NCBI GenBank assembly: GCA_965216325.1
Contig: OZ244160.1
Span: 1,504,001-1,568,000 of the forward strand
Reading direction: 5' to 3'
DNA: 64,000 bases
Source: Coraliomargarita sp.
Lineage (GTDB): Bacteria; Verrucomicrobiota; Verrucomicrobiia; Opitutales; Coraliomargaritaceae
Shown: positions 1-11,048 of the stretch, one piece after another
Position numbering within the stretch: position 1 is the stretch's first letter
Layout: every line of letters begins with the position of its first letter
Program-made: the position numbers and the translations under genes
Notes under the pieces: model-generated
The model's database searches: none
What the model was told of the DNA's origin: nothing
What the model saw: only the letters and a program-made list of their open reading frames with translations

Positions 1-1838
1 ATGTAACCGGCCCGGCCAAGACCTGGGTAGGCACTATTACCGACACCAACTACATTATACTCCTTATCAAACAGATTATCCACACGGCCAAACAAGGCCC
101 ATTGTTCGGTAATTTGCCAATCGACAACAAAGTCTACCAAGAAGTAATCATCCCCCGCACCACCCGAGTCAGGACTAGCGTGGTATCCAGTGCCTGTTAG
201 ACCAGTGCGAATGTCATCTGACAAATCGGCCACCGCAGACACTTGAACAGTGTGCCGCGGACGACGCAGCAAACGGCGACCAGTATCCTTATCCTCGGTG
301 TCGAGATAAGTATAGCCAACCCCCAAGCTCAGGAAGTCGAAGGCAGCATAATCCGCACTCAACTCTATACCCTGCGTCTCGGCCTCAGAGATATTATAAA
401 CATCATAGCGGTAACCTCCGTCGATAAAACCGATGTATTCGAATTCAATCAGATCATCGATATCATTATAAAAGTAGACCGCAGACCACTCCAGCTTGTC
501 CTCCAGCAGACGTTGACGAAAGCCCAGTTCATACGAAACACCTTCTTCCGGATCAATCGGTGAGCTCGGGTCATAGTCATATGCCAAGTCACTTGGACGT
601 GGAGGCGAATAGGAGTTCGACACCTTGGCAAATACTGACGCATCCCACTCTAGAATGTTGTAGATTGCCTCAAAGTTGCCCGTTAGTGACTCGTCATAAT
701 CACTGTAATCATCTCCACGCACACCAGCACGCAATTCGATGCGTTCATTGATCTGCCAGACGGCTTGAGCAAACCCGCCAAACTGTGAAACGTTATTTGA
801 GTAGTCAGTTGAGTTACGCTTCAACTCATCATTGCGGTAGAGCATGCCACCTGTGAGCAACAACTGATCAGAGATGGTGTAATCCACTTGCAGACTCACT
901 TCATCCGAGTTGATCTCATCGTCTGTCACACTGTATGGCCCTTCACCCTCTAGGTCACTTTCGCTACGGGAGTAAAAGAAATGGATTGTGATCTCATCGG
1001 TCGCATAGCGAAGCCCGGGCGACAAGATCCAGTATTGATTTTCGGTCCACGCCTCGGGGCTCGGATATCCGACTGATCCAGGAACATCTTTATCTACCTC
1101 AGTATATTGCCCGAGCAATTCGAAGGTAAAATCTTCAGCGAGCAGATAATCAAAACGTGAGGTAATGGAATACTCGTCAGTCGAGTCATTATCACGTTCA
1201 TTATCAGTGGTCAGCGCCGACCCACCCACGCTCAAGCCCCAACTCTCATCCGAGACTGCAGTCGAAAAGGCCCCACGATAGGTATCATTTGAACCGAACT
1301 CACCCTCAAGCGCAGCTGTGTATGCTTCCTCGCCGAGAACTCGTTTCGATTGTAGGTCCAGCACACCACCAATGCCACTCGATCCATAGTTCACGGAAGA
1401 GGCACCTTTCTGGAACTGCACGCTTTCGAGATTATTGATCGAGAGCGACTCCGCATTGAACTGGCCACTAAAGGCGCTCGGTAAACGACGACCATCTAGG
1501 AAATATCCAGTGTGGTTGCTATTCGTGCCACGGGTAAAAACCGAGGTGAGCGCACCATAGGCACCATTACTACGCACTGTAACTCCAGTCTCGCGCTTGA
1601 GTGCATCCGTCAATGTACGATCCTGCCAGAACTCCATTTCATCCGCCGAGATGTAACTCACCGAAGGTGAGACACGATCAGGCGAGAGCGGCGTGCGCGT
1701 CGCAACCACCACGTAGGGTTCCATCTGCACCTCTGTGGTATCCGTCTCGGACATCCCTGCCCCAGCAAAGGTAGCGGCCACAGGTAAGGTGCAGGCTGTT
1801 AATAAGATTGTTCGTTGTTTGGTGAATGAAGCATTCAT
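1..1838 (-). CDS. TonB-dependent outer membrane receptor, BtuB-like plug; 3' end runs just off the window
   Basis: Manual translation from ATG at 1838: MNASFTKQRTILLTAC...VVVATRTP (TonB box), SVFTRGTNSNHTGYFLDG plug motif; C-terminal GRVDNLFDKEY...PGLGRAGY near base 1. Absent from the ORF track because the stop lies outside the window. Confidence 0.9.
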   Translation of the reverse strand, partial: MNASFTKQRTILLTACTLPVAATFAGAGMSETDTTEVQMEPYVVVATRTPLSPDRVSPSVSYISADEMEFWQDRTLTDALKRETGVTVRSNGAYGALTSVFTRGTNSNHTGYFLDGRRLPSAFSGQFNAESLSINNLESVQFQKGASSVNYGSSGIGGVLDLQSKRVLGEEAYTAALEGEFGSNDTYRGAFSTAVSDESWGLSVGGSALTTDNERDNDSTDEYSITSRFDYLLAEDFTFELLGQYTEVDKDVPGSVGYPSPEAWTENQYWILSPGLRYATDEITIHFFYSRSESDLEGEGPYSVTDDEINSDEVSLQVDYTISDQLLLTGGMLYRNDELKRNSTDYSNNVSQFGGFAQAVWQINERIELRAGVRGDDYSDYDESLTGNFEAIYNILEWDASVFAKVSNSYSPPRPSDLAYDYDPSSPIDPEEGVSYELGFRQRLLEDKLEWSAVYFYNDIDDLIEFEYIGFIDGGYRYDVYNISEAETQGIELSADYAAFDFLSLGVGYTYLDTEDKDTGRRLLRRPRHTVQVSAVADLSDDIRTGLTGTGYHASPDSGGAGDDYFLVDFVVDWQITEQWALFGRVDNLFDKEYNVVGVGNSAYPGLGRAGY

Positions 1839-1888
1839 ACGCCTTCCGTCATCCTCACATATGCAAGTAAAACAAGCATAAATAATAA

Positions 1889-1905
1889 ATGAGAATCATT
1901 CGCAT
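1889..1905. promoter_or_regulatory. Fur-box-like palindrome upstream of the TonB receptor
   Basis: ATGAGAATCATTCGCAT: 7-1-7 inverted repeat TGAGAAT-C-ATTCGCA resembling the Fur consensus TGATAAT-N-ATTATCA, ~50 bp upstream of the start codon. Confidence 0.6.
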
Positions 1906-2148
1906 AATGCACCTCAACTGAACAGCCTACGCCCATCGCACACCCCCAAGAAGCGCAAGCAACTATCAACAAGATAGATACGAACTCACACAACACCCAC
2001 ATGAGACTAAGTCTCAAGGATCAACAAATTTACACAGCTAATCGAGCAGTGAAGCTGCCCTATCGTAGATGCTTCACTTGCCGAGTCGCGAGCCTGCCGA
2101 ACGGTGAATGCATTCCGCAGACATGCCGATTTGAATAACGTATGCGCT

Positions 2149-2595
2149 GAAAGACGGACAGGAATGTCCGTCCTCCTTCAAACGTGATACAGGAGGCAGG
2201 ACATTCCTGTCCTGCTCAAACGTCGGTTCGAATCGAAACGGCCGAAGCTTTCCAAATCGCTTACGAATGCAGCTTAAGCGCATTTAAGCGAGGTATCGCT
2301 TGGTAGGGCAGTCTCGCGGTTCGGCAAGCTCACCGCCCTGAGCCCGCCGAAGGGCCAAGACTGACGCCTGTCCGACCTAGCCTTGGGAAAGACGGACAGG
2401 AATGTCCGTCCTCCTTCAAACGTGATACAGGAGGCAGGACATTCCTGTCCTGCTCAAACGTCGGTTCGAATCGAAACGGCCGAAGCTTTCCAAATCGCTT
2501 ACGAATGCAGCTTAAGCGCATTTAAGCGAGGTATCGATTGGTAGGGCAGTCTCGCGGTTCGACAGGCTCACTGCCCTGAACTTGCCGAAGGGCCA
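2149..2595. repeat. Tandem duplication (period 238 bp) of a REPIN-like unit
   Basis: Two near-identical copies. Each has an inverted pair of GGAG-GCAGGACATTCCTGTCCTGC-type REPs (2153/2192 and 2391/2430) plus a GTAG-type REP with an internal insert. Confidence 0.9.
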
Positions 2596-3812
2596 GATGG
2601 GAGGGGTCTTTCAGACCAGACCTTTATTGAATTGGTATCACTCTCCGCCTCCAACAATCGAGTCCGCCGATGCTGTTGTGGAAACTGCAAGGTAATGACC
2701 GAGCCCACTCCTTCGCGCGATTCGATACCGATCTGACCACCATGGTCGCGCATGATACGATTCACAATCATCATCCCCAGCCCGTGTCCACCGGTCTTGG
2801 TCGTGAAATAGGCCTGAAAGACTTTGGATAGATCCTCCTCTGAGATGCCGTCGCCCGTATCGATGAACTGCATGTAGACAAACTCATGATCACTTCGCGC
2901 CAGAATGCGCAAGCGTCCACCGGGGTGCATCGCCTCCATGGCGTTCTTGATCAGATTGAAGAACACCTGCTTCACTTGGCCACGGTCGCCAAGAATCGCG
3001 GGGACTGCTTCCGCCACTTCAACATTCACATCGATCTTGCGGCCGCTGAGTTCGGCTTCCTGCACACGGAGCACCTCATCGACGAGTTGAATTAAGTCCA
3101 ACTCATTGAGCTCAGGCTTCTGTGGCCGCACCGCCTCAAGGAAGTGGGTAATGATGCCATCCAGACGCTGCACTTCGCCTTGGCAGACACGAATCGAATC
3201 CGCCAGCTTCTGACCGCCCTCAAGCTCCAACTTCTTGAGCTTACGCTCAATCAACTGCAGATGAATCGTGAGCGAGTTCAACGGGTTGCCTAGCTCGTGC
3301 GCAACACCCGCGGCGAGGCGCACAATCGATCCCGTGCGCTCGTTCTCGATCAACTCCTCCATCGAGACTTTGTCTTCGGTCACATCGGAAAGCACGACCA
3401 CATAACCGCCACTCTCCGAGCTCCCCACCTGCGCATCAATCGGCACCATATAGAGCCTGACAAATCGATGCTCCGGGTAGCTGAGCTCAATCTCGCGGGA
3501 CAAGACCGGCTTGGCCGTCATGCCTTCGTCGCCATCTGTAGGATCAATCGAACGTGCCAGGTCCGGCACCATTTTCCAGAGTCGCACCACTCCAATGTCG
3601 TCTTGTTTGAGACCGATAATCCCACAAGCAGCATCGTTAGCATACTGCACCGTGCCATCCGAATCGATGACCAGAATACCATCCTGAATGGTATTGAATA
3701 CCGTCTCCTGCATCTTGCGCTCCCGCGCCAAGCGCTGCACGAGAATCCCCAGATTCACCGAATCAAGATCTTCGATTCGCCCTAAGATTTTGTCCAAGCC
3801 AGTGTTCTTCAT
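2568..3812 (-). CDS. PAS-domain sensor histidine kinase (NtrB-like)
   Basis: H-box [12 protein letters not shown]-box [15 protein letters not shown] and GHGLGM G-boxes; last codons (PSASSGQ*) lie inside the repeat. Confidence 0.92.
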   Translation of the reverse strand: MKNTGLDKILGRIEDLDSVNLGILVQRLARERKMQETVFNTIQDGILVIDSDGTVQYANDAACGIIGLKQDDIGVVRLWKMVPDLARSIDPTDGDEGMTAKPVLSREIELSYPEHRFVRLYMVPIDAQVGSSESGGYVVVLSDVTEDKVSMEELIENERTGSIVRLAAGVAHELGNPLNSLTIHLQLIERKLKKLELEGGQKLADSIRVCQGEVQRLDGIITHFLEAVRPQKPELNELDLIQLVDEVLRVQEAELSGRKIDVNVEVAEAVPAILGDRGQVKQVFFNLIKNAMEAMHPGGRLRILARSDHEFVYMQFIDTGDGISEEDLSKVFQAYFTTKTGGHGLGMMIVNRIMRDHGGQIGIESREGVGSVITLQFPQQHRRTRLLEAESDTNSIKVWSERPLPSGPSASSGQ

Positions 3813-3817
3813 TAAAA

Positions 3818-3850
3818 ATCCTACTCCTAATCCTACTCTTAATCTTAATC
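3818..3850. repeat. Hexamer-periodic repeat arm downstream of four-helix-bundle gene
   Basis: ATCCTACTCCTAATCCTACTCTTAATCTTAATC; 26/33 identical to the reverse complement of 4261..4293. Confidence 0.8.
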
Positions 3851-4243
3851 GCCCGTGTTGTAAGCACCCTGCTCCTCATACACCCGATCTGTCGAATTAC
3901 TACAAATCAAACCAACCAACATCGAAACAATCTCGCGCAGCAGCTGTTTCCCTTCATCGGCCTTCTGCTCAGTGATTAATGCCTTTCGACAAAGCACATC
4001 CAATACAGCCGCACACTCCAAGGCCGAGCCACGAGCAATATCGAAGAAGCGACAACGATCCGCAGGAGTGAACTTGCCGTTGCCCTCTGCAATATTAAGC
4101 GGGATCGAAGTCGAAGCTCGCTCTAACTGATCGTGCGCAGCAACCCGCTTTGCCAGTTCTTCTAGAACTGAGGCTGCAAATTCAACAAAATCCAGAGCCC
4201 GTTGATAAACCTGAAGCTTTTCGTGATCAAATACTGCGCTCAT
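3845..4243 (-). CDS. Four helix bundle protein (23S rRNA IVS-protein family)
   Basis: [10 protein letters not shown]...[17 protein letters not shown]...[13 protein letters not shown] family signature. Confidence 0.9.
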   Translation of the reverse strand: MSAVFDHEKLQVYQRALDFVEFAASVLEELAKRVAAHDQLERASTSIPLNIAEGNGKFTPADRCRFFDIARGSALECAAVLDVLCRKALITEQKADEGKQLLREIVSMLVGLICSNSTDRVYEEQGAYNTGD

Positions 4244-4260
4244 CTCTTACCAGACGTGGG

Positions 4261-4293
4261 GATTAAGATTATGATTAGGAGTAAGATTAAGAG
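4261..4293. repeat. Hexamer-periodic repeat arm upstream of four-helix-bundle gene
   Basis: GATTAAGATTATGATTAGGAGTAAGATTAAGAG, inverted partner of 3818..3850; contains the coaB stop codon. Confidence 0.8.
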
Positions 4294-4937
4294 GGGATCG
4301 GAGCAATCCTTTGGATCAATTCCCTAGCAATCGCCGCCTTCGTGTCCGGGCCGATTGCGGTTTCACTGCCATCCGCACCGATCAAGAAGACTTCATTCGT
4401 ATCGGCCGCAAAGCCAGAACCTAAGCGACCAACACGGTTCGCCACAATCCAATCGAGACGCTTCTCTTCAAGCTTACCGCGTGCATAGCCCTTCACATTG
4501 CTCGTCTCCGCAGCAAAGCCCACCACCGTCTGATGCGCCTTGCGCTCCGTCATCGTTTTCAGAATATCGATCGTGCGCTCAAACTCGATGCTCATTGACG
4601 CACCGCCCTTCTTCTCCTTCTCGGCATGCTGCACCACTGGACGGAAATCGCTCACCGCCGCCGTCATGATCAACACATCGCAGGCATCAAACAGCGCATC
4701 GACCTGATGATACATTTCCTCGGCCGAAACGACCGGGTAGAGGATCACATCGTCCGGCTCCGGCAACGACACGGGACCTGCCACCAAATCGACGGTCCAA
4801 CCGGCCGCAACCGCCGCTTCGGCAAGGGCGTAGCCCATCTTTCCGGTGGAAGGATTGCTGATAAAGCGCACCGGATCGATAAATTCACGGGTCGGTCCCG
4901 CAGTGATTAAACAACGAATAGAGCTTGCATTCGACAT
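4287..4937 (-). CDS. coaB: Phosphopantothenoylcysteine synthetase (stand-alone CoaB/DFP domain)
   Basis: [40 protein letters not shown] motifs; start taken at MSNASS. Confidence 0.9.
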   Translation of the reverse strand: MSNASSIRCLITAGPTREFIDPVRFISNPSTGKMGYALAEAAVAAGWTVDLVAGPVSLPEPDDVILYPVVSAEEMYHQVDALFDACDVLIMTAAVSDFRPVVQHAEKEKKGGASMSIEFERTIDILKTMTERKAHQTVVGFAAETSNVKGYARGKLEEKRLDWIVANRVGRLGSGFAADTNEVFLIGADGSETAIGPDTKAAIARELIQRIAPIPS

Positions 4938-4962
4938 AACTGGGAAAAGCCTAAGCGGACTC

Positions 4963-5742
4963 ATGCCCGAACAGCAACCCAGCACCTCGCCTAATCCTCA
5001 AAATTCTGCCGCGCCCAAAGCACCGGTGAAACAGGAGAACGTCTTCTTGAACCTCGGCTGCAACCTGATCCTGCCGATCATGGTGCTCAAGAAGGGCGAA
5101 AAATGGTTCGGCAGTCTACTCGAACCGTACTTCGACCGCGTGGCTGTCGGCGTGCTGCTTATCGCCATCGCCTTCCCGATCGGTTATTTCATCTTCGATC
5201 TCATCAAGCGTAGCAAATTCAACTTCGTCTCGATTGTCGGCTTGATCAGTGTGCTCCTCACCGGGCTCTTTGGCGTGCTGGAACTTCCCGTCGAATGGTT
5301 TGCACTCAAGGAAGCCGCTCTACCACTCGCGATCGGTATCGGCATCGCAGCCTCAATCTACACCAGGAACTCATTCTTCAAAGCCATCGTCCTCAATCCC
5401 GACATCTGTAATGTCGACCGCATCACCACAGCGCTTCAAGAAGCTCAAAAAGAAGCCCAGTTCGAAAAACTCCTACGCTTCTGCAACTGGGTCATCGTGG
5501 TCTCGATGGGACTCTCGGTCATCCTGAACTTCGTTCTGGCACGCTGGATTGTCGTTAGCCCAACAGGCACCGAAGCCTTCAACGACGAAGTGGCCAAAAT
5601 GATGTGGGTCAGCATGATCGTGATCATGATTCCCAGCATGGCGCTGATGATCTATGCCTTCTACCGCCTGATGTCCGGCATCACTCAGATGACCGGCCTC
5701 AAACTCGAAGACATCATGCATGGAGCGGATGCAAAATCGTAG
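4963..5742 (+). CDS. Multi-pass membrane protein, VC0807-like family
   Basis: Several hydrophobic segments; [15 protein letters not shown] and [15 protein letters not shown] motifs. Confidence 0.7.
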   Translation: MPEQQPSTSPNPQNSAAPKAPVKQENVFLNLGCNLILPIMVLKKGEKWFGSLLEPYFDRVAVGVLLIAIAFPIGYFIFDLIKRSKFNFVSIVGLISVLLTGLFGVLELPVEWFALKEAALPLAIGIGIAASIYTRNSFFKAIVLNPDICNVDRITTALQEAQKEAQFEKLLRFCNWVIVVSMGLSVILNFVLARWIVVSPTGTEAFNDEVAKMMWVSMIVIMIPSMALMIYAFYRLMSGITQMTGLKLEDIMHGADAKS

Positions 5743-6121
5743 GGGCGCGACTTGACGAATGACACGACCTTAAGAGCATTTCACTTTGGGATAGATTGGT
5801 AGGGCAGTCTCGCCGAGGCTGCCGTTCGCTAAGATGCCGTGAACTGCAATCGGTTCAGGATGGCAGGTTGATGCTGTAAGCAATCCACGTGGCATGGGTA
5901 TTCTGTATTGTTTGCCGAACGGTCGTCTCGGCGAGACGACCCTACCACAAAGAAGCCTTAGAGAACCCAAATTCACCGTAAGGTAGTGCCATTCGCGACT
6001 TGCCTGCCCTGAGCTTGCCGAAGTTGACGCACCCTCAACAGAGTAACAGCCCTGCTCCACTGCGGGTGTCCGTTCCGAGCCGAAGGCAACGAGACCGGAC
6101 CGGACCAACCTCACCCCTACT
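5739..6121. repeat. Cluster of GTAG-type REP palindromes between convergent genes
   Basis: GTAGGGGCGCGACTTGACG at 5739; inverted pair GTAGGGCAGTCTCGCCGAGGCTGCC (~5799) / GGTCGTCTCGGCGAGACGACCCTAC (~5921); REPs with loop inserts at ~5995 and ~6064-6120. Confidence 0.8.
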
Positions 6122-6124
6122 ATT

Positions 6125-8656
6125 TCAGCGCTTCAGGTCCACCGAGTGCAGCTCAAAGAAGTCACCCGCATACTGGCGCGACTGGGTGAAGTGGATCCGC
6201 AACTCAGCAGCCCCTGCTGGAGCTACCATGGGGATCGTGACCGATTTCACACCATCCGACTGGCCATTTGGAAAACGAAGCGGCAACTGCACCTTCAATT
6301 GTTTCCCAGCCTCATCTTTCCACGTCAGTTGCACCTGTGTTCGGTTATCCGGGCTAATTGAGTATCCACACTCCAGTTGTAAGAAGTAAGCAGCACCCGC
6401 ATCCACTTCAACATCGGTAAACATTGAGGACATATCCGCGCCTTCAATCCGAACCCCCCGATCCGATTCGATGGCCAGCAACTTAAACTTTTCAGATGGC
6501 CGGAAATCAAACTTCCACCCCGGGACAACTGGCACATACGGACCAAGGAACGAGTGGCGAGTCTGCCCCGAGTGATTCAGATTGAAATTCGGCAACAGCG
6601 ACACGGCCGAGCCCAAGTCCCATTCGTCCAGCGCCGTCTGAATCCGCTCATAGCCCTCAATCGCAGGATTGCTTCCCGCCGCAAGCGCAGCCGGCACAGG
6701 GTCCGTCTGCATCATACGAGTAAATGACTTTAGCCGCGCATGCATCGGGTCAGCAATCAGCTCTTGCGCATAATCCCGATAGAGCTGACGCGCATTGATG
6801 AAGTCTTCAAGCTGCCCAGTCGATAGGTCACGACGCAAGACAGACTCGACCAACTCCACACGCGCCCGATGCATCTCAGCATATAACTCCGTAAAGCGGA
6901 ACGCATCCGCAACCACCTGCACACGCGCCAAGCGGCGCGCATCCCCCGCCACCAATTGCTCAGCCTCTTGAATCTGAGCACGCATGTCCCTGATGAGTTC
7001 CGGTGTAAACAGCTCAATCCCCGCCTCATCCTTATACAGTTTAATCCACTCAGCTTCCCCTTCGTGTTCGTTACGATGCCCCTCGGCCATCTCATAGAAT
7101 GCACGCATCGGTCCCGCAGCCGCACCAAAGAAGTGGGTGTAATATTCGTTCAGTAAGGCCTCAGCATCCTGTTGCGAATCCCATAGCAGCTCGGCCGCTA
7201 ACCAGGCCTTGGGACCATCCATCCCCCATGCCGAAGGCAATTGCGAAAAGAACACATCCACACCGATGTCATTGAGGTGCTTCAAACTCTCATCGATCCA
7301 TTGGCTAAACTGCCTGGGATACGGATACGGCGCCCCAAAGTAATAATCCCAAGTCGCCATGCGCTCGATACCCGAGCCCATCCAACGCTCCGCCAACGCT
7401 CGATCCTCATCCCGGTATGCAGGGTCATGCCATTGAGCTCGATCCGAGGTCAAGACGGGCATTATATGCGGATGGAGCGGAATCGAAGGTGACGGCTCGG
7501 TCCAATAATACGCAAGCGCAGTCAGATAGCGCGGCTGACCGGAGGGCGTCGTCCAGATTGAACGGCCTGAAGCATTCACAACCGTAGGGGCGCGACTTGC
7601 CTGCCCTGAGCTTATCGAAGGTGACGCCCCCGCCTCCAGAGCAGACCCCACATTCGTTCGGGCGTGCCAAGGCTCGCCCCTACTTGCAATTCCTCGCTCG
7701 GCATCATAGGCATCCAAGCGAGTCGCCACCTGATTCATAAAGCCAAAGACCAAATCCGTATAGTTCGGTCGGTTTCTGAAATACTGAACTGGCTCTACGG
7801 TAAGCTCGGTCCATTCCGAAGTGTCAAACAGGACATTGTCATTAATCGACAGCGAGAAACTAGGACTTTGCGGATGCGCCTCAAAATGCGCCATCGCAGC
7901 TTCGGCTGCCAGCTCAACCACTCGCGGATGCGTGAAATCCGGCTGCGGATCGGTTCCCCCATGCCCCCTAGGGCGCCGCCGCGTTCCCTTCACCAAGGCA
8001 AACAATTCAGGCTCTTGATCGTAGAGTTCGGCCGTAAAGACCTTCGCCAAGGCATGATTGAATGAATACACGCGATTCAAGCGATTCCGCCGCCCAAAAT
8101 CGGCATCTGACGGATACAATTGCCGCTGCACAAAATCCGGGGCTTCACGCCACGGTCGATCCGGAAAGTAAGTCGGCACCGAACCATGCTGCTCAAACCC
8201 AAGATCCGAAGCCCAATACCAACGCGCGCCCAAGACATCCTGACAAAGCGCCATCACCGCATTCGCGAGTCCCGCATCCGTCGCGGCACGAACCATGACC
8301 CGTGTGCGCTCACGCCGAATCGAAAAACTACCCAGGTTCTCGACTAGCCAATCCGCATCCGAATGCTCCAACACTATGCAGTTCTTTGCGGGTAGCTCTT
8401 CATCAGAGTGACTCAACGCCACTGGCCAGAGTTCTACAAGGTCATCGACAGCAGCAAGCAAAGTAGCAGAAGACTCTCGCGGTAAAGCCACACTATCGAT
8501 CCCAGTGAGCCTCAACTTTGCGGAACCAAGAGCAGCCTCCGGTTTCCAGAACTGCGCACGTTCTGATGCTTCTACCGTCAGCAATGCTGTCATGAAGCAT
8601 ATTACAGATTTCAAATTAGAAATTACAGACATCTGGGCTCTTGCGATCTGAAACAT
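6125..8656 (-). CDS. DUF4838-like secreted carbohydrate-active protein with an in-frame REPIN insert
   Basis: 843 aa ORF with PELFALVKG..QPDFTHPRVVE..FSLSIND motifs; REP pair at 7584..7683; start uncertain. Confidence 0.7.
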   Translation of the reverse strand: MFQIARAQMSVISNLKSVICFMTALLTVEASERAQFWKPEAALGSAKLRLTGIDSVALPRESSATLLAAVDDLVELWPVALSHSDEELPAKNCIVLEHSDADWLVENLGSFSIRRERTRVMVRAATDAGLANAVMALCQDVLGARWYWASDLGFEQHGSVPTYFPDRPWREAPDFVQRQLYPSDADFGRRNRLNRVYSFNHALAKVFTAELYDQEPELFALVKGTRRRPRGHGGTDPQPDFTHPRVVELAAEAAMAHFEAHPQSPSFSLSINDNVLFDTSEWTELTVEPVQYFRNRPNYTDLVFGFMNQVATRLDAYDAERGIASRGEPWHARTNVGSALEAGASPSISSGQASRAPTVVNASGRSIWTTPSGQPRYLTALAYYWTEPSPSIPLHPHIMPVLTSDRAQWHDPAYRDEDRALAERWMGSGIERMATWDYYFGAPYPYPRQFSQWIDESLKHLNDIGVDVFFSQLPSAWGMDGPKAWLAAELLWDSQQDAEALLNEYYTHFFGAAAGPMRAFYEMAEGHRNEHEGEAEWIKLYKDEAGIELFTPELIRDMRAQIQEAEQLVAGDARRLARVQVVADAFRFTELYAEMHRARVELVESVLRRDLSTGQLEDFINARQLYRDYAQELIADPMHARLKSFTRMMQTDPVPAALAAGSNPAIEGYERIQTALDEWDLGSAVSLLPNFNLNHSGQTRHSFLGPYVPVVPGWKFDFRPSEKFKLLAIESDRGVRIEGADMSSMFTDVEVDAGAAYFLQLECGYSISPDNRTQVQLTWKDEAGKQLKVQLPLRFPNGQSDGVKSVTIPMVAPAGAAELRIHFTQSRQYAGDFFELHSVDLKR

Positions 8657-8674
8657 TAAATCTGCAATCTTAAA

Positions 8675-9577
8675 TCAGGAATTTGAGTCACGCTCAAATT
8701 CCTTAATCTTCAGACGGATCTGGTAAAAATAAACCGCCTTACAGAAGGCAAAATGAAAGCCCGCCGCACCATCCAGAAAGCCGCGCTTTAAAAAATAGCC
8801 ACGCAGAAAATAAACCGGAGCCGCCCACCATTTGGCGATGTGGCGATACTTACGCTGCTGGCGCATTGTCAACGTAGGGGCGCGACTTGACGCGCCCGCT
8901 CCCGAGCCATCGCCAAGAATATCCGGATTAAGATTACGAGTAAGAGTATGATTAAGAGTGCTCGTCCCTTCAACTAGTTGAAGATAACGAGCGGCTTCCC
9001 AGGACGCATACTCATTGTGCTTCGCGATGTAGTGATGCAGCCCACGATATTCATTATGTTCAATCGGCGCGCGGATCTCACCAAGCGGCCCCTCCAGAAT
9101 CGGGTGCTCATGAATCTCCATGTCCAACTGACTCCACGAATTCTCTTCGATACGCTCATACTCACCCGCACCGAAACGGAATAGCGCCAACTTGTTAAAC
9201 TCATCGCCATGCTTCAGCTGCTTGCCTAGGAACCAACGCTCATAGTTCAACCAGAACCCTACACAGGTAGTCTCGGCCAACACACGCCTCAGTTCTTCAA
9301 CAAAGCGCTCCGTCACAAATTCATCCGCATCCAGAAAGAGCACCCAATCCGTCGTAAAGGCATAGTTCCGCAAGACCCAGTTCCGCTTCTTCGGGAACTG
9401 GCCATTCCATTTAAACTGTAAGACCTCGGCACCTGCTTCTTGAGCAATCTCACAAGTCGCATCCGAACTTCCCGAGTCCACTACCACCACCTGCGCAAAC
9501 GCAGATAGTCGCCCCAAACAACGGGGCAGATTGTCCGCCTCATTCTTAACGGGAATGACTACTGTTACGGGCAACAT
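8675..9577 (-). CDS. Glycosyltransferase family 2
   Basis: VTVVIPVKNE, VVDSGSSD, LFLDADE; repeat-derived insert at 8874..8958. Confidence 0.9.
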   Translation of the reverse strand: MLPVTVVIPVKNEADNLPRCLGRLSAFAQVVVVDSGSSDATCEIAQEAGAEVLQFKWNGQFPKKRNWVLRNYAFTTDWVLFLDADEFVTERFVEELRRVLAETTCVGFWLNYERWFLGKQLKHGDEFNKLALFRFGAGEYERIEENSWSQLDMEIHEHPILEGPLGEIRAPIEHNEYRGLHHYIAKHNEYASWEAARYLQLVEGTSTLNHTLTRNLNPDILGDGSGAGASSRAPTLTMRQQRKYRHIAKWWAAPVYFLRGYFLKRGFLDGAAGFHFAFCKAVYFYQIRLKIKEFERDSNS

Positions 9578-9606
9578 GGAGTTAGTCTTAAGTTTTAAGT
9601 GGTTAG

Positions 9607-9676
9607 GTAGGGGCGAGCGTTGGTCCGGTCCGCTTCGCGTCAGGTCTTGGCGCCTTCGGCTTGGAACGCACGCCCG
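9607..9676. repeat. GTAG REP with a second hairpin element inserted in its loop
   Basis: GTAGGGGCGAGCGTT-[GGTCCGGTCC...CTTCGGCTTGGAAC]-GCACGCCCG; the uninserted form GTAGGGGCGAGCGTTCCGCACGCCCG occurs in rmlB. Confidence 0.7.
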
Positions 9677-9710
9677 CATTGAGGTCTTACTTTCAAGGCC
9701 ACCGCACAAT

Positions 9711-10136
9711 TCAGTCCAAAAACCTGGAAAACGGACGTTCCAAGAAGTCAGATACGTGGTGGTAGGCCTCACTTTCAAGAACCTCACGAATTAACTCACG
9801 ATCGACGTTTAGATATACATGCACGATCGCATTGCGCATGCCAATGGCTTTCGCCCAGACGTCCACGTCTGCCTCGCGACACATGCCCGCCTCCTGCAAC
9901 GCAACAAAGGCATCATATGCATTGACCGGCGCCGGCGAACGCCCCGCCAAGCGCAGTAGATGCTTCGCCTTGCCAATCGCATTTTCCACCAGCAATTGAA
10001 GGGAGTGCTCCAATCCGTTCCACTCTAATTCACTCAAACGCCCCTCTGTTTGCAGACGCTTGCGCGCTTCGAGGAGCGCTGCTTCTTGCCGACGCAACAT
10101 GCTTAAGGTTGCTTCGTGGTAGAGCTCATAGTCCAT
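9711..10136 (-). CDS. hepT: HEPN/DUF86 RNase toxin (HepT-like, type VII TA)
   Basis: RX4HXY motif MRNAIVHVY; overlaps upstream MNT gene. Confidence 0.88.
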   Translation of the reverse strand: MDYELYHEATLSMLRRQEAALLEARKRLQTEGRLSELEWNGLEHSLQLLVENAIGKAKHLLRLAGRSPAPVNAYDAFVALQEAGMCREADVDVWAKAIGMRNAIVHVYLNVDRELIREVLESEAYHHVSDFLERPFSRFLD

Positions 10137-10509
10137 GTGCTTTCCTAAAGTGAAATTCCTCCTGTGCGCTCCAGGCGCGTTGATAAAAACGAAACAAATC
10201 CAGTGAACGATGCCCCTTCAAAATGCGTCCTTCTTCGGCAACCGTAATACACAGCCCGATGGGCACCCGTCGCAAATCGACCAGATCAATCACTGCGCCT
10301 GAAATGCCTAGCGCCGCAGACAATTCCGACTTCAGCCGCTCCATGCGCGCCAGACGATCCAGCTGGGTAGGAAACTCGTCCACAAAGGAAAGCGCGAAGT
10401 CCCAATCCGATCCCGAGGCTGCCTGCGCCTCACCTCTGGCACGGCTTCCATACAGAAAGGCCACCGCCACATCCGCTTGTGCTTCAAAAAAATTGACGGC
10501 CTTTTGCAT
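10126..10509 (-). CDS. mntA: Minimal nucleotidyltransferase antitoxin (MntA-like)
   Basis: FLYGSRARG...SDWD and IDLVDL motifs. Confidence 0.88.
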   Translation of the reverse strand: MQKAVNFFEAQADVAVAFLYGSRARGEAQAASGSDWDFALSFVDEFPTQLDRLARMERLKSELSAALGISGAVIDLVDLRRVPIGLCITVAEEGRILKGHRSLDLFRFYQRAWSAQEEFHFRKAHGL

Positions 10510-11048
10510 ATACCAACCGAAGCTATGTCTCTGACCTACAAATTCAAGCCCCAAGCAAACCGTAGTAGCGTGCGCACTTGTGCGTCACAACCGAGCAACA
10601 GCCATCCCACCGAATCAAGTGCATTCACAAGTGAAGCACCTACGACTAAAATTCGCTTTTTTGCGGCCACAGAAAAGCGCGGGCACCGAGCCACGCGCTG
10701 TTTAAGTTCAAACCAAACCGTTTATAGTCCAGATCCACCCCTGTGATCCTTCGCGTCACCCTGTATCATGAATCTCATAAAGTAGAAGCGCGCTTCCAGC
10801 CGCTTTTTCTAAGCCCCATCCCACGCTCCGTGTCTTGGTGCCTCCGTGTGATCCCCTCGCTCCTGCGGGTCCAAGCCACGTCAGATTTTCTCACACGGAG
10901 ACACGGGGACACGGAGGCTCATCAACAAGGATCGTTCCTGACTTTCAGATACGCTCGCGACCTTCGGCAAGTGGAGCCACAACTCGAGCACGCAGGAAGA
11001 CTTTGAATACCACTTGCAAGTGCACAGTTCTTGTGCATAGTTCACAGA

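Noticed and set aside
2074..2521. Two ORFs starting MRLSCIRKRF
   Set aside because: By-products of the 238-bp REP duplication.
3845..4243. Diversity-generating retroelement (Avd-like) or rRNA IVS
   Set aside because: No reverse transcriptase, TR/VR pair or rRNA sequence in the window.
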